From NCBI GenBank assembly GCA_002245135.1, contig NGBS01001167.1, positions 124,001-188,000 on the forward strand: DNA of 64,000 bases, read 5' to 3'. The notes beneath the pieces were generated by a model. It was given only the letters and a program-made list of their open reading frames with translations. It searched no databases and had not been told where the DNA came from. Position 1 is the first letter of the stretch; each line of letters begins with the position of its first letter. The translations under genes and the position numbers were made by a program. Of this stretch, positions 13,601 through 27,356 are shown one piece after another. This DNA comes from Proteromonas lacertae. Its lineage: Eukaryota.

Positions 13601-14937
13601 AATAATAATATAGAAATAGTATACTTTAAAGAATAGAATTGTATCATAATAATCAGTTTTAAATCCCCACCATTGCTGTAAACCAGGTGTTTGTTTATAC
13701 AAATAATCATTTGGTACTTTCAAAGTATGACAATCATAATTAGGATCAGTTGGTTTATTACCATATTTATCTCTTAAATCTTCTTTTAACCATTTATATG
13801 TATTATGTTCATGATTTCCATTATCAAAAGTTGCTTTTCCACTTCCTCTTTCAGTAATTGGTGAAGTAAAATTGCTATTATCACTATTATTATTATTATA
13901 GCTTGGACTACTAGTTGATCTCTTACTATTTGAAGATGAAGGAGTAGTTACTATATTCTTAACACTACTTTTATTTCTTTTAGGTGTTGAATATTTAGCC
14001 TTTTTCACTGGAGAAAAGGAGATAATTTCTTCTTCATCTATTTCTTCACTATCATCATCATCATCTACAACTAATCCTTTCAATAAATTATCATCATTTT
14101 CTTCTTCTTCTGTATCACTTTCACCGTTATAACTATCATTATCATCATCTATTATCTTAAACTTTTGTAAGTTTCTTTTTAAATCTTCTTTCTTCTTTAT
14201 TGATGCTTTTATTAATCTTTTCTTCGCTGATGATGGTGCTGATGTTATTGAAGGTGAATTACTACTACTAGAAGAGGATTGTTTTATAGGAGTTGGCATT
14301 TTTATTTCTTCTTCACTATCTGCTTCTTCAATTTTCTGTGATGATGGTTTGGATGGGATAAATAATGTCTCATTTTCATCATCATCTGATAGACTCTCCA
14401 TAGTTTCCACTTTAGGAACTTTGGTGATTGATGAATTGTTGGATTTGAATGTTATACTACTGTTATCTTCAGGTTCTGTGTCTGATTCTTCTAATTGGGT
14501 TAATTTGGGATATGTTATAAAACGATACTTTTCATTTGATAAATCTATTGTCTCTAATTCATTATCATCATATCTATAAGATAATTAAATGATATATTTA
14601 TTAAATACTCGACTGAAAAAGTATTCACTCCTTCTTTAGACTTAATAGTACCTGGATACCATTCTTTATCCTAATTAAATTATTAATCTCGTTTAATTTA
14701 TACTTTAGGCCAGTATACTTCGATTCTTTTACCTACTATACTTTCATTTAGTTGTTGAGGTAAATTATTCACTTTTATAATTTTAGCTGGACTTTGATTT
14801 ATTTTACTTTCCTGTTTTCTTTTCATGGGTGAATCATTCTTTGAAACTATATTATATAGAATAATAATAACTCTACTGGATGGTGATTGTGTATTACTTT
14901 GGCTTGATGAGAAAAATGATAAAATACTCTTCTGCAT
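10671..14937 (-). CDS. MSH6: DNA mismatch repair protein MSH6 with N-terminal Tudor domain
   Basis: PIP-like MQKSILSFF, Tudor VGKRIEVYWPKDKEWYPG, FFKLGKFYELY, GPNMGGKST, DELGRGTSTYDG, FSTHYH, SYGMNVARIA; multiple short introns. Confidence 0.95.
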
Positions 14938-15379
14938 TTTAGCAAAACAACAAAAAAGAAATTTCCCTCCAAAATTAATCAAGCCAAATATTTTATCATC
15001 ATTACAATTTTAATTCTTTCATTTTATTTCATATATTGACAAAATAAAGATAAAATTATTTATTTGAATATAACTATGAATATGAATAGATTTTTTTTGT
15101 AATGATAAATAAACATTTTTACAAAATTAGTCTAGTATAAATGCAGAGTGGTGTATTTATGGTTATTAATAATTGATTATTTATAATTATTACTAATTAT
15201 GTTAAACTTTATTTTTTTCACTCATTTGCCAATGAATTGTAATGGTATAGTTACGGTATGTACAATGAATCAAGTGCTATAGGTATAGATAAATAGAAGT
15301 AGTTTTTAAATTGATTTGCAGGTTGTACAAAAACTATCAAACAATAATCAAGCTTTTGAATCTTTTGATTTATCAAATA

Positions 15380-15656
15380 ATGAGTATTGGTATAGATTTA
15401 GGTACTTGCTTATCATTGATTGCGATTAACAAAGATAATGTTATTAAAATATTACCAAATGAAAGTGGAGTAAGAGTTACTCCGTTTACAAAATTTTCTT
15501 CATAAATTTTTATTTAGTGATATAACTAGAACTCCAGAAGGAAGTCCAATAGAAGTTGAGTTTTCAATAAACGAAAGTGGAATGTTAATAGTAAAAGGAA
15601 TTGATTTAAGTAATCCATATCACACAAAAGAAATAAAAGTAGATATTAGTAAATAA
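15380..15656 (+). pseudogene. Hsp70 remnant / 80-aa mini-Hsp70 (first exon joined to a substrate-binding-domain fragment)
   Basis: Exon 1 MSIGIDLGTCLSLIA...PNESGVRVTP; intron 15484-15517; exon 2 ...GSPIEVEFSINESGMLIVKGID...stop. Confidence 0.7.
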
Positions 15657-15774
15657 ATATGATTATAAATGGTGAATGATATATTATTTTTATGATTATA
15701 ATTATTTATTAAAAAACAAAAGAAACATATTCACATAACAAAATGTCAAAGAACATTAAAAATATAAAGAAAAT

Positions 15775-17337
15775 TTACTTCTTTTCTTCAACTGGATGTT
15801 GTAATTTATACTCTAACAACATATGATTATCAGGTTTTAATCCAAGACATGCTCTTAATATATTAACAATACATTCTCTTTGTTTGAATAAAGCATTAAT
15901 AACTGGTGTACCTCTTGGAACTTCTGGAGCTTTAGTCAAATAACTTAAGATAGACAACACTGAATTCATTCTTTCAAAACCACTACTACCTGGATATTCT
16001 ACACTTATTCTCTCCATTAATTCAGTAATAACAATAAGATCTAAGATTATAGGAGCAGCTAATAAGGAATCTTCACACGTATTATGCATTGAAATGGTAT
16101 TAATTCCTCCCATAAATATCTCAGTAGTATATTCATCAATAGCTCTTTTACTATCACCAACATATGGTACATATTTAATAACTACAATATGATCTGGTTT
16201 TTCACCTTCTTTATATAATATTCTATTGCTATTAACCATATCATCAATCACTGTTGATTTACTAATCTCTTTAGATCTGAATTGTTGTGGAGCTGATAAA
16301 TTCTTACCATCGTTATTACCAAGATGATTATAACTACATACACTTACTGGCTTTAATCCACTGGATATTAAATAATCAACCATTACAGACTTCATCTTAG
16401 TTTGTCCAGACTTTAAGTCACTTCCTCCAATGAAAGTATTATGTTTTGTTGCTAATTCTACAACACCTGGTACTAGTGTATTTTGAGGACTTGCATTGAT
16501 AAATGAACATCCTTCTAATATTGCAGCTACTGCAAATACAGTGGATGGAGCAACTTCACTCTCACTTCTATCAATTGCTTTTAATAAATTATCAGCTGTA
16601 TCATTAACACCATCTTGTAATTCGCTGAATCTTTCTGTATTGGCTGTCCAGAATACAATCACTTTATCTACACCATTATTCTTCTTAAAATTTCTAATAT
16701 CTTCACGAATCTTTTCTAAATGCTGTTTCTTATCATCACCTGGTAAGACGTTATCTACTCTGTCTGCTTGATTTCCTGCTATGAAATCAGGGTAATAGAT
16801 TGATGGTAATGGAATCATATCTTTCATAAATGGATAGACTTTCTCTTGGAAGGTAATATCATACACTCTGGCTCTTTTCATTGCATCACCGATATTCATT
16901 GAACTAATATCCCAACCACCCACTACCATATCGTTTGGATTGACCATTGGTAAAAGACTGTTGAATGGGACGTAGACTTCTTGAGCTCCTGACACACCAA
17001 TCTTTACTGTTGATGCTTGAGTTAAAGAACCTACATAATCAGCATGTCTTGTTCCTTTCTTTGTTTCCCATGAGATTTTTTCTCTATTAGCAATAATTCC
17101 TCCTGTAACTGTTGTTCCATTATTACCTCCCCAACCAATGAACATAACACCAAGCTTTGGCACTTTTCTGTTTGTTTTGAAGGTGTATTGAGTGGTCTTT
17201 GGCTTTACTTTTAATTTGCCACCTTCACGAACAACTTGTGTCTCATCATAGCTGTATTTAGCTGTAATCTCATCAGGTGTGTAGTTTACTGCATCTGAGT
17301 CGATCTCTATTGCTTCATTTGAAAAGGATGTTGCCAT
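15775..17337 (-). CDS. INO1: myo-inositol-1-phosphate synthase
   Basis: [41 protein letters not shown]; intronless 520 aa. Confidence 0.98.
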   Translation of the reverse strand: MATSFSNEAIEIDSDAVNYTPDEITAKYSYDETQVVREGGKLKVKPKTTQYTFKTNRKVPKLGVMFIGWGGNNGTTVTGGIIANREKISWETKKGTRHADYVGSLTQASTVKIGVSGAQEVYVPFNSLLPMVNPNDMVVGGWDISSMNIGDAMKRARVYDITFQEKVYPFMKDMIPLPSIYYPDFIAGNQADRVDNVLPGDDKKQHLEKIREDIRNFKKNNGVDKVIVFWTANTERFSELQDGVNDTADNLLKAIDRSESEVAPSTVFAVAAILEGCSFINASPQNTLVPGVVELATKHNTFIGGSDLKSGQTKMKSVMVDYLISSGLKPVSVCSYNHLGNNDGKNLSAPQQFRSKEISKSTVIDDMVNSNRILYKEGEKPDHIVVIKYVPYVGDSKRAIDEYTTEIFMGGINTISMHNTCEDSLLAAPIILDLIVITELMERISVEYPGSSGFERMNSVLSILSYLTKAPEVPRGTPVINALFKQRECIVNILRACLGLKPDNHMLLEYKLQHPVEEKK

Positions 17338-17521
17338 TCTTAAATAGAAGAAAAATTATAAAAGAGAGAATATTCTAGAAAATCAAACAAAATCTTTTTC
17401 ATTTTAGATTTTAAAATTAAAATTTTATACTTCAATAAATACAACAAATCAGTTGAAAATTATATTATCAGAATAACTATATTAAATAACCATGTATGTT
17501 CTTTACAATAATAATGAGTAT

Positions 17522-18921
17522 CTATTTTGTTTTCTTTTTTGCAGAAGCTGTTTGTCTTTTCCCAGTTGTTATTACACCATGAGCACTATACAAAACATAA
17601 TTGATATGGATATACTCATTCCAAGCAGTATATTTTGCTAAATGTCTTGGATCTAGACTTGGACCAACCTAGATACATTTACATAATATTATATACATTC
17701 TTCATTGCTTTTTCAAAATCACTGTACTTGATTGGAGGTATATTTTCTGGTAAAATCTTTGACACATCTTTATTTCTTATCTATTCATTCAATATATATC
17801 ATACAGACTATTAATATAACAATATATACAGGTATAAAGGCAGCTTCTCTACATAATGCAGTTAAATCACTACAAGAATAACCTGATGTTTCATCAACCA
17901 ACTATTAATATAAAATAATAATATAACAATAAAAATATACAACTTTAAATTCTCCATCACTTATTTTATATTTTTCATTCTTCAATAAATTATGTATTAA
18001 ATTATTTCGACATTTATTATCTGGTAATGGAACTAATATTCTTTTACTAAATCTTCGTAAGACTGCATCATCTAATTCCCATGGTATATTCGTTGCTCCC
18101 ATTACTAATAAATGATTCTCTATTTCATTAGAATTAGAATTATCATTATTTAATCCATCCATTTGAACCATAAATTCAGTTTTCAATCTTCGACTTGATT
18201 CATTTTCACCATCTTTTCTTGATGTCAATAATGAATCAATTTCATCTATGAATATTACTGAAGGACTCATTTTTCTTCCTAATTCAAATAAGGCTTTTAT
18301 TAACTTTTCACTTTCACCCATCCATTTCGATGTTAAACTTGAAGCACTTACACTAAAAAATGTAGCATCACTTTCTGTTGCTACTGCCTTCGCTAATAAT
18401 GTCTTACCTGTTCCTGGAGGTCCAAATAATAATATTCCATTTGGAGGTTTTCTTAATCCAGTAAATAAATCTGGTCTTTTTGATGGTAATATTACTGCTT
18501 CATCCAATGCTGATTTGGCTGTTTCTAAACCTGAAATAGATGAGAATGGAACATTGGGATTGTTTACTACTAATTCCTGAAGCATTTTCTGTTCAAATTC
18601 ATTAGCAGGGTTTATTTTGCGTTTCACAATTGGCATATTTTTTATAGACTCTGCTTTTGATACAAAAAAATTCAGCTGTTGCAACCTTATTGCATATTCT
18701 GGTAAATTTTGTGGTATAGCTAAAATAACATCTTTAAAATGTAATACTTTTTATTCTATTCATTAACGCTTCAGCAGTAGATGTGTATTCTCTATTGGCT
18801 TCCTTAAACAAACCATTTCTTTCAAATTGCTGTCCCTACACTAATAGATACAATTATATACATTTATATTAGCCTGATTTACTAGTACATCTAGTTGTGC
18901 CACTGATGGATTTATATTCAT
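17522..18921 (-). CDS. Spastin/fidgetin-family AAA ATPase with MIT-like N-terminus, paralog 1
   Basis: GPPGTGKT, LTSKWMGE, FIDEIDS, SRRLKTEF, GATNIPWELDDAVLRRF; multi-exon. Confidence 0.9.
17731..18582. repeat. Inverted repeat arm A, 852 bp (arm B at 39304-40155)
   Basis: Reverse complement matches arm B including introns; one amino-acid difference seen (LDE vs LNE). Confidence 0.95.
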
Positions 18922-19178
18922 AAAGAAAAACGTAAAAATTAAAAATTAAAATGAATAAATAGCAGATCGTGCATCCTTTTTTATTCAAAAAATATAGTCG
19001 TTTTATTTTTATTTTTGATTTTATTATTTAACATCAGCATTAAATACATATATCAGCAGATTATAATATAATCAATTTATACAAGCAATATAAAAGTTAA
19101 AACATAATTTTTTAAAAATATGTAACGGATTAATTTTTTATTAAAATCAAAAAAATCATTTTATAAACACAAATAATT

Positions 19179-20420
19179 ATGAAGGGGGTATATATTACAA
19201 TTGTCATAGTATTAACAGTCACTATAGCTACACTTATACTCTTTACTATTGGTGGTAGAAATGTACAGGTTGTTATTAAGACTGAAGATAAGATGTCAGA
19301 AATTCAATTAAGTGAAGATATCTATATACAAAATTGTATTTATGATTATCGAATAAAGTCATTCAGAATCTTTGTTTTTAGTCCTCCTGTATTTCCTAAT
19401 TCCTCCTGTGTATTGGATTATGATACTACGAAAGTGAACTGTTCATACTATTATAAACCCTACAGAATATTTACAAGTCCATATGGTCATTTAATCATTC
19501 CAAACATCTATACACGATTTCCTAAATATATAATAATAAATGAAACAAGAATTCCAGTAAATATACCATATCAAGGAGATGAACCAATATATAATTTAGA
19601 TTTGTGTATTTGTAAGTTAGTGAATTATACAGCTGTAAATCGATTAATTCAAACAATTGAAGCATATAGACTGTTTGGAGTTGATCATTTTACTCTATAT
19701 TTAACGAGTGCCTCTGAAACTGTATTAAAAGTAATATCATATTACCAATCATTAAATATAATGGAATTAGTGATAAGTAATAAATCATTTATATTCAGTA
19801 AATATATGATAGATCAAATGTATGGTCAACTAGCTAAAGGAGATGATTGTATATATCGAAATATGAAAAGATCTAAAGGAGTAATAGTAGCTGATTTAGA
19901 TGAAATACTTTGGCCTGTAAAACATAAAACTATAACTGATTTGATTGATTATTATAAGAAATATAATTACTTTACACTTCGAAGTTTTCAATTTCATACT
20001 GAAGTGGTGAATGGTTATGATAGATGGACTCATAATATACCTGATACAGATATATTTATATATCGAGAATATTGTCGATATAAACAAGGATGGGTTCAAA
20101 AGAATATTTATACCAAATTAGATGCAATCTATTCAATATTTATCCATTGGATATTGGATGGCACAAACGAATTGAAAAGGATATATGTACCTCATGAAAT
20201 AATGTATATTCGACATACAAGAAGATTGAGAAGCTTGAAAGAAGTATCTTGTGAATCAAACTGGACAACAATGGCTGTAGATCCTAGAGAAAAAATAATA
20301 AACAAATTTGCGAAGAAAATACGAAAAATACTCCAAATCAACCCTCCTTCTATAATACAACCTCCCATTTTGAAAGATATTTCCCCTCTTAAACGATTAT
20401 TGTATAAATTGATTTATTAA
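19179..20420 (+). CDS. Glycosyltransferase family 92 (DUF23)-like type II membrane protein
   Basis: N-terminal TM, IEAYRLFGVDHFTLY, GQLAKGDDCIYR, DxD motif VADLDEIL; intronless. Confidence 0.8.
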   Translation: MKGVYITIVIVLTVTIATLILFTIGGRNVQVVIKTEDKMSEIQLSEDIYIQNCIYDYRIKSFRIFVFSPPVFPNSSCVLDYDTTKVNCSYYYKPYRIFTSPYGHLIIPNIYTRFPKYIIINETRIPVNIPYQGDEPIYNLDLCICKLVNYTAVNRLIQTIEAYRLFGVDHFTLYLTSASETVLKVISYYQSLNIMELVISNKSFIFSKYMIDQMYGQLAKGDDCIYRNMKRSKGVIVADLDEILWPVKHKTITDLIDYYKKYNYFTLRSFQFHTEVVNGYDRWTHNIPDTDIFIYREYCRYKQGWVQKNIYTKLDAIYSIFIHWILDGTNELKRIYVPHEIMYIRHTRRLRSLKEVSCESNWTTMAVDPREKIINKFAKKIRKILQINPPSIIQPPILKDISPLKRLLYKLIY

Positions 20421-20538
20421 AGTCGTCTCGTTTGTTTATATATGTTTGTATTAATTTCTAACATCATTAGCATATGAAAAACTAATAATACATTAATACA
20501 ATATTCTTATCGTATTATTGTACTTCCTTTATTTCTCG

Positions 20539-21846
20539 ATGAAGAATTTGCTAATAATCTTTTTTTGTTATATATCATTATATTTGTGTCAAGAAATTCC
20601 AAATCCCAACAAAGAACCACTGAAATGTGGGGATTATAGAGATATTACAATAGGTTCAATATGTGACCCAGATAAATATCTAACATATGATCAAATAAAA
20701 GAGTATTAATAATTGTTGTCATTGTAATAGAGAAATGTCAATAGTAAACCAAATTCAAAATAAATACATTATACAGTGTAAAACCCCAAGAAATGTACAA
20801 GTTGGAATAGCTTTACTAAAAACATATACAGATGGTAAATCAATAATAAAGAAAGCAAAAAGTATTTATGATTCATGGGGTATTGGATATGAAGACTGTG
20901 GTTCAGGAATATTACTACTACTGTCCGTAGAACATCATAAATTTCATGTTGTGACAGGTTCAAAAATAAAACAAAAATTAACAGATCAATTAGCTAAAAG
21001 AATCTTGGGAAGAATGACAGTAGAATTACAAAATGAAAATTACCATAAAGCAATAATGATATTCTTAAATGTATTATTATTATTATTATTATATATAAAT
21101 AGTGTACAGATGAAGTTTTGAAAAATGGTGATTTAAAAGAAGATGTAAATTACTTTTCTGTATTTTGTGTGTTTGGATTGATATTTGCAATGATTGCATT
21201 TATCTGTAATGATTATTATAAATCACAAAAAGAGTAATAATATATATATATATATTTAAATATATATATTTAAATATAATTATTTAATAGACAAAAACAA
21301 TTTGAAAAATTATTAACTTCATTAAAACAGATAAAAAGACAGAAAGAACATCCTGAGAATTATGAGTGTAATTCATGTCCTATATGTTTAGAAGATTTTG
21401 ATGATTCTAAAGATATTATTACATTGTTGTGTGGACATAAGTATTGCAAAGAATGTCTAAAGAAATATTGCGAAAGTGGGAAAGAAAGCTGTCCAATATG
21501 CAGAAGAAACTTATTTTCTAATGAAGAACAAAAGCGAGATGATGATTCTTCTGCTCCTTCAACTTCGAATGATAATTGTAATAATAATAGTAGTACAATC
21601 CCAGAAGCAGCGAATAACATTGACTCAGAATTGTATTTTAGATTTAATAGTTTGAGAAATATACACCCTGGTTATATCAGTAATTCAACAATAGAAAGGT
21701 GGCGTAATAATAATTTTGAAGAAGATTTTGTTGTTGAAGAAAGAGAAATGCCAATGAATCACACAAGAGAGTATAACACTTCAGATTATTCTGCTTTTGG
21801 AGGAGGCAATAGTAATGATAGTGGTGGTGCTAGTGGGAGTTGGTAA
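20539..21846 (+). CDS. Signal peptide + TPM (MOLO-1-like) domain + TM + RING finger, paralog 1
   Basis: IPNP...CG...SICDPDKYL, YDSWGIG..CGSGILLLLS, TM, CPICLEDF...CGHKYCKEC...CPICR, C-terminal GGASGSW; three introns. Confidence 0.85.
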
Positions 21847-21973
21847 ATGCAATCATTATTAAAATAATTATTTTTGTTATATGTTAATGTTTAAAACAAG
21901 AAATATTCAAAATGAAAATGAAAAATAGTCAAGCCAAATTATATTTTTGAATTTTTGAATTGATTTTATCTCG

Positions 21974-24900
21974 ATGAATGACTATAACAAAGGAATTAGT
22001 AGTGACAGTGAACTCTCAAGCGTAAGTTCGCATTCTAATTTCAAAGCTGACATAAATGCAATACAAATAGTAAAAATTGTTTTGTTTATAATGTAGTTAC
22101 AAAATAAATTAGAACAAGAAAGAGCAGAACATGAAACTCGATCAGCTAAAGCTTTAAGAGCTTTAAAAGACCAGAAACAACAAATCTTAGTTTTAATGAA
22201 TACTGTACAAGAAGAAGAGAAAGAAAACAATCAATTGAAACAGGAACTTGAGACATTCAATTCTGTAAAACAAACAGTTAATCAAGTAATTGTATTTCTA
22301 ATCAATATTATCCTACTAGAGTGAAAATGAAACACTCAAATCAACAAATGAACAATATAAAAAACAAATAGATGAGATGACAGATTTAAAGCGACAATTA
22401 GAAACAAAATATAATGATTTAACAAATCAATATTCAACACTTCAATCAAACTATAATATTCTTTCAACTAATCAAAAAGATCTTCAAAGTAAATATGAAT
22501 TACTAAAATCAGAGAATAATAACACAACAATAGATAATATGAAATATACAAAGGATTTAGAATATCATAAAAATAGAAGTGACAAATTAGATGAAATAGA
22601 ATTAGAATATAAAAATTTTAGAGTATTATATATATATATATATATACAATTTATAATAATAGAATGATTTTGACCAATTAAATGAAGTGTTAAAACAAAA
22701 AGACACAGAAATATTATCGTTACAACGTAAAAACATGGAAATAGAAAATGAAATACATAGATTAGAATTAGAGAAAGAAAAGATAAATAACGAATATAAT
22801 TTATCAATAAAAGAGAATTCAATAACAGGAAAAGAAGAAATAGAGAAACTACAATCACAATTGGAAAGTTATATATCTAAAAACAATGAAACAACAATAG
22901 AATTAGAGGATTTACATAATAAAATAAATGAATTAGAAAATGATAATAATAAACTAAAAGAAGATCATCAAAAAGCAGAAGAATTAGATAAAACAAAAGA
23001 AAAATTAACTGTATAGTTATTTATATAATTTTTAATTCTACATATATATAGTCAATAGCTGAACAGTTTGAATCTTTTAAGCAGAATAAAACCTCTGAAT
23101 ATGAAAAATTAGCAGATGAATATAGCTCATTATTAGGTCAATATAATAAACTAGAAGCTGAATATCAGAAGATATTATCCATCAATGAACAGTTAAATAT
23201 CCAATTGCAAGTAGTTCAAATACAATATAGTGATAAATATAACTCATTATCTACAGAATATCAGAATTTATTGAATAAATTTCAAGAGAAAGAGAAAGAA
23301 AATGAAGGTAAAGTGTTAGTCCCATCAAGTGAATATAATGAGTTAAAAGTATAAATATATAATATATATTTGAATAGAAGTTTTCATCTGAATTAAAAGA
23401 TCATTATTTACCTTCACTAAATGAACAAATCAAACAACAAAACAAAGTAATAAGTGATGATAAAAAATACATATCTCAATTAGAAGTATATTATTTATTA
23501 TTTATTATTGTAAATAGAATGAATTAAAAACTATAAAGAATCAATACAATGAAACAAAAATATCACTGTCTAAAGATGATGAATTGATTGATACTTTGCA
23601 ACATCAAATAGCAACAATATCAGCAGTTGTATTGTTAATAATATATATTTATAATTATTAAATAGAAAGATAGTCCATTATTCGAAGAAGAATATAAAAA
23701 ACTTAAAAATGATTGTAATAAAAAAGATAATAAAATAAAACAATATGAAAATGAGATTTCTACATTAAATGAAAGAGTAAAAGTGTTAAGTACAAACCAG
23801 CCAGAATTAATATCAGAAAATGATAGATTAAAAGAAAGAATAAATGATTTAATAAAAACAAAGAAATCAATGAAACAATCTGTAACAAAAATGAAAAAAG
23901 AAAATGATGAATTTAATACTCAGAGAACTGAATATGATGAAAAGATTAAAGAATTATCATCCCAAATATCAGATCTTCAAAATGAAAATAATAAACTAAA
24001 CTCTGAGGTTAATGATAGTAAAGAGAGATATAATAAAGATATGGAATTATTAAGACAATCAATTAGTGCAGTAACAAATAAAGAAGATAATTCAACAGCA
24101 ACTAATGTTTCAGTATCTAATGAACAGATTTCCACTTTGAAGAAATTGAATAAATCATATAAACAGGAGAAGAATAGAATATTGGCAGATTTAACTCAAG
24201 TGAAAAAGGCTAAAAGTGAATTGTATTGTTTGTTTATTTGTTATTTTATAGAGAATTAAAGATAAAGAGTTTGTCTGATCAAAATACAGCAAATGAAAAA
24301 AGAATAAAATCACTTCAACAAGATATAAAGAGAAAAGATGAATATGGAAATGAATTGAAAAAACAAATCGAAGAATTGAAGAATAAATTTGAAGAAGATA
24401 AGAATAAGAAAGTTCAATTAGAAAACAAGATGAAATTATTACAAAGTAAATATCAATTATCCAATTCAGCAACTGAAGGATATAAAATCAAAATAAATGA
24501 GTTAGAAACAAAAGTATAATTATATTATATGTTATTGTTTATTAATAGATGAGAGAATATGAAGAAAAGATGAACAACTATGACAAAGAGATTGATAATG
24601 CAAAAAGACTGTCATTAGACAGTCGAAGAAAAGAAATGGAGATAACAACAATAAAACAGAAATTAAATGATACTATTGAAGAGTATGAATTGTACAGAAT
24701 CAAAGCTGAAGAATGGGAAAAAAGACATGAAAAAGAGTTGACGATTATCACATTCTCAATCAGATGCAAAAGTACAGCAATTAGTGGATGAACATGCAAT
24801 ACAAATTAGCCAATTAGAACAATTGATTCAAGTTTTATCTAATACAATTATTAATATATACACTTGTATATTAACCAAGAATAGTGATTTGAAAGTATTA

Positions 24901-25403
24901 TTATTATTATATTCATTTATTTAGAGTGAAATTGAATCATCCACATAAAGTCGAATTTTACATCTTCTAATTCAGTTGGTATTGATAATAATAGTTATTT
25001 GAAACAAGCTTCTACAATATTGGATATAGATGAAAAAGATGTTATGAATGTTTTACATCCTAATTATAGTAAAACACAAGTTGTATAATTCTTATATATT
25101 AATTTATAGATTATTGAATCAAATATAAACAGAATGAAAGAAGCATTACAAGATCTTAATACAGATACAATACATGCACTAATAATAGATGAAATAAATG
25201 AAAGAGAAAGGTTGTGTGTTTTAAGTTATAATATGAAGAATAATGGTAATAATGATAATGAAGTAATAAACAAACTGAAAAATTCTCTATCACAGTATGA
25301 GACAATAGTGAATAATATGAAATATCAAATGGAAAAAGAACATTTGGAATATCTATCAATGTCTAAAGAAAAAGAGTTGATGTTGAATCTTTCAAAAAAT
25401 TAA
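21974..25403 (+). CDS. Large coiled-coil protein, many exons
   Basis: Heptad-rich E/K/L/N exons joined by short introns; probable homopolymer frameshifts near 24735-24950. Confidence 0.7.
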
Positions 25404-25454
25404 AAATAACAAACACATACAACATTTTAATTTAAGTAATTAAATATTAGTGAA

Positions 25455-27286
25455 TTATTTTTGTATTGTTGATTTTATTTGAGTTATATCAAATACATAC
25501 ATCACTTTTTGGCTTATTATAATCAATTCATTCTGATTCACAAAACAATTCTATTTAAACATATATAAAATACTAATCAAATACCTTCACAATATCATTC
25601 TTAAAAGGCAATTCCAAAAATCCAATAATCTTATGAGAAGCTAATTCATATATATAAATATATTTACTATCTTTCATTATATTAAGGTATATATACTACT
25701 TATTTATTAAAAAAAGATATTGTAATTACATATATAAGTGATTGATCAGAATTGTATTTGAATATACAAGTCTTGTATTCAATTCCCATCTTTTGATTAA
25801 CATCATAATACACTCCATCATTACTAAATGTATATTGATTAGTTGCAGAGGAAGGTTTATCTTCATAATTTTCACAACGAATTGAACCATCTTCACAACA
25901 AACAAGAACCTTATTTTCTTTCTTCAATATATTTATGATGTTAATAGAAACTGGTTTTGGTATATTATCATTTTTATTATTTGTATTTTCTGTTAGTGTT
26001 AATTCTTTTGTAATTGAATCATCTAATGATTTATCTTCACAATTTAATGGTTTAATAATATCCATCCACTTTTCTTCAAGTTCAACTTTTATTCCTTTAT
26101 ATTCATTGATTATTGTAGAGTTATATTCTTTCATTCCTGTTTTACCAATACTTAGTTCAATTGAAACTAATTGACCATTCTATTTAGTATAATAATTATT
26201 ATTATATTATATACTTTTAAACCGCATATATAGTGATTCATATCCAATACTTTGAATTGTGTGACTTTAAAATAGTTTTTATTTGAATTAATTACACTTC
26301 CTTTCTTTCTTGGAGATTTGGCTTTATTCATTTGATTATTATTTAATTCTTCTTCTTCTTCTTTTTCTACATTTACTAGTTTAGGAGGTGGTACTGGTTT
26401 GATTGGTGCTTTTATAATTGAATCTTTCTCATCTTCATCTCCACTATTACTTTTAGTATTTGTTGGTATTATTAATGATTCTGTTATGGATTTGAATAAT
26501 GTTGGAAATGGAATGATATATAGCAAATTTAATGAAAAATCAAAACAATATAAATCATTATTATCTTCTGATGTAAGCGTACCATATATCCACTTTGATT
26601 TCTATAAAAAAAAAAATAATATAAAAACTATATACACTCTCTTTAGTATTATTCACTACTTCTAAATTAGTGATAATTCCATTATGATTTTGATATCTAC
26701 TCTTTATTTCTCTATTATTAATATATTCATCAATATGAGTTCCTATTTTACCAGCAATAGTATGAAAATTAATCTTTAAAACTGCTAATAGTTGAATTTT
26801 AAGTGAAAAAACAAATGTTTTTGACATTGGTGTATCTTCATTTAAATCAGCAACATCAACTAAAATTGGATTGTTTTCATCTGGTGGAGCATTTAATATC
26901 ATAGTAAAATCAACTAATTGGAAATTAAAAGGTGTATGACTATATTCTTTTTGGTAAAGTACTAAATATCCTGATGAAGTGATAACAAGAATTAATCCTT
27001 GATATTCTTCAAGAAGTAATGGGTAACCAAGATTATTTGGCAGAGTTTGAACAAGCTTTGGTACATTTTCATAAATGTCAATATACTCATCAAAATATTT
27101 CTTTGTTTCTTCTATTCTGGTATTAAATTGGTTTAGAAACTCTTTATCCAAGTTCTATATAAAGAGTATATGAATATAAGTCAATACAGATAATTTTTCT
27201 TTCAATTCATCTCTTTTATCATTTCTAGGATTATCTTCATTTATTTTTTGTAGTTTTTGTTCCACTTTAGACTGAGTTTCATCCAT
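25455..27286 (-). CDS. Hypothetical multi-exon protein
   Basis: ORFs 26561-27151, 26167-26526 and 25700-26134 join through canonical short introns; ATG at 27286. Confidence 0.6.
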
Positions 27287-27356
27287 TAAAAAGAAATGTA
27301 ATAAAAACAGTTTGACATGTAATAATTACATAATCCAATTTAAAATTTTAAAATCA

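Noticed and set aside
24730..24950. Frameshifts and in-frame stops here and near 36600, 62000 and 63860 as programmed frameshifting or a variant genetic code
   Set aside because: Most fall in A/T homopolymers and are fixed by one-base indels; long conserved ORFs have no in-frame stops and end in TAA, TAG or TGA. Sequencing error is more likely.
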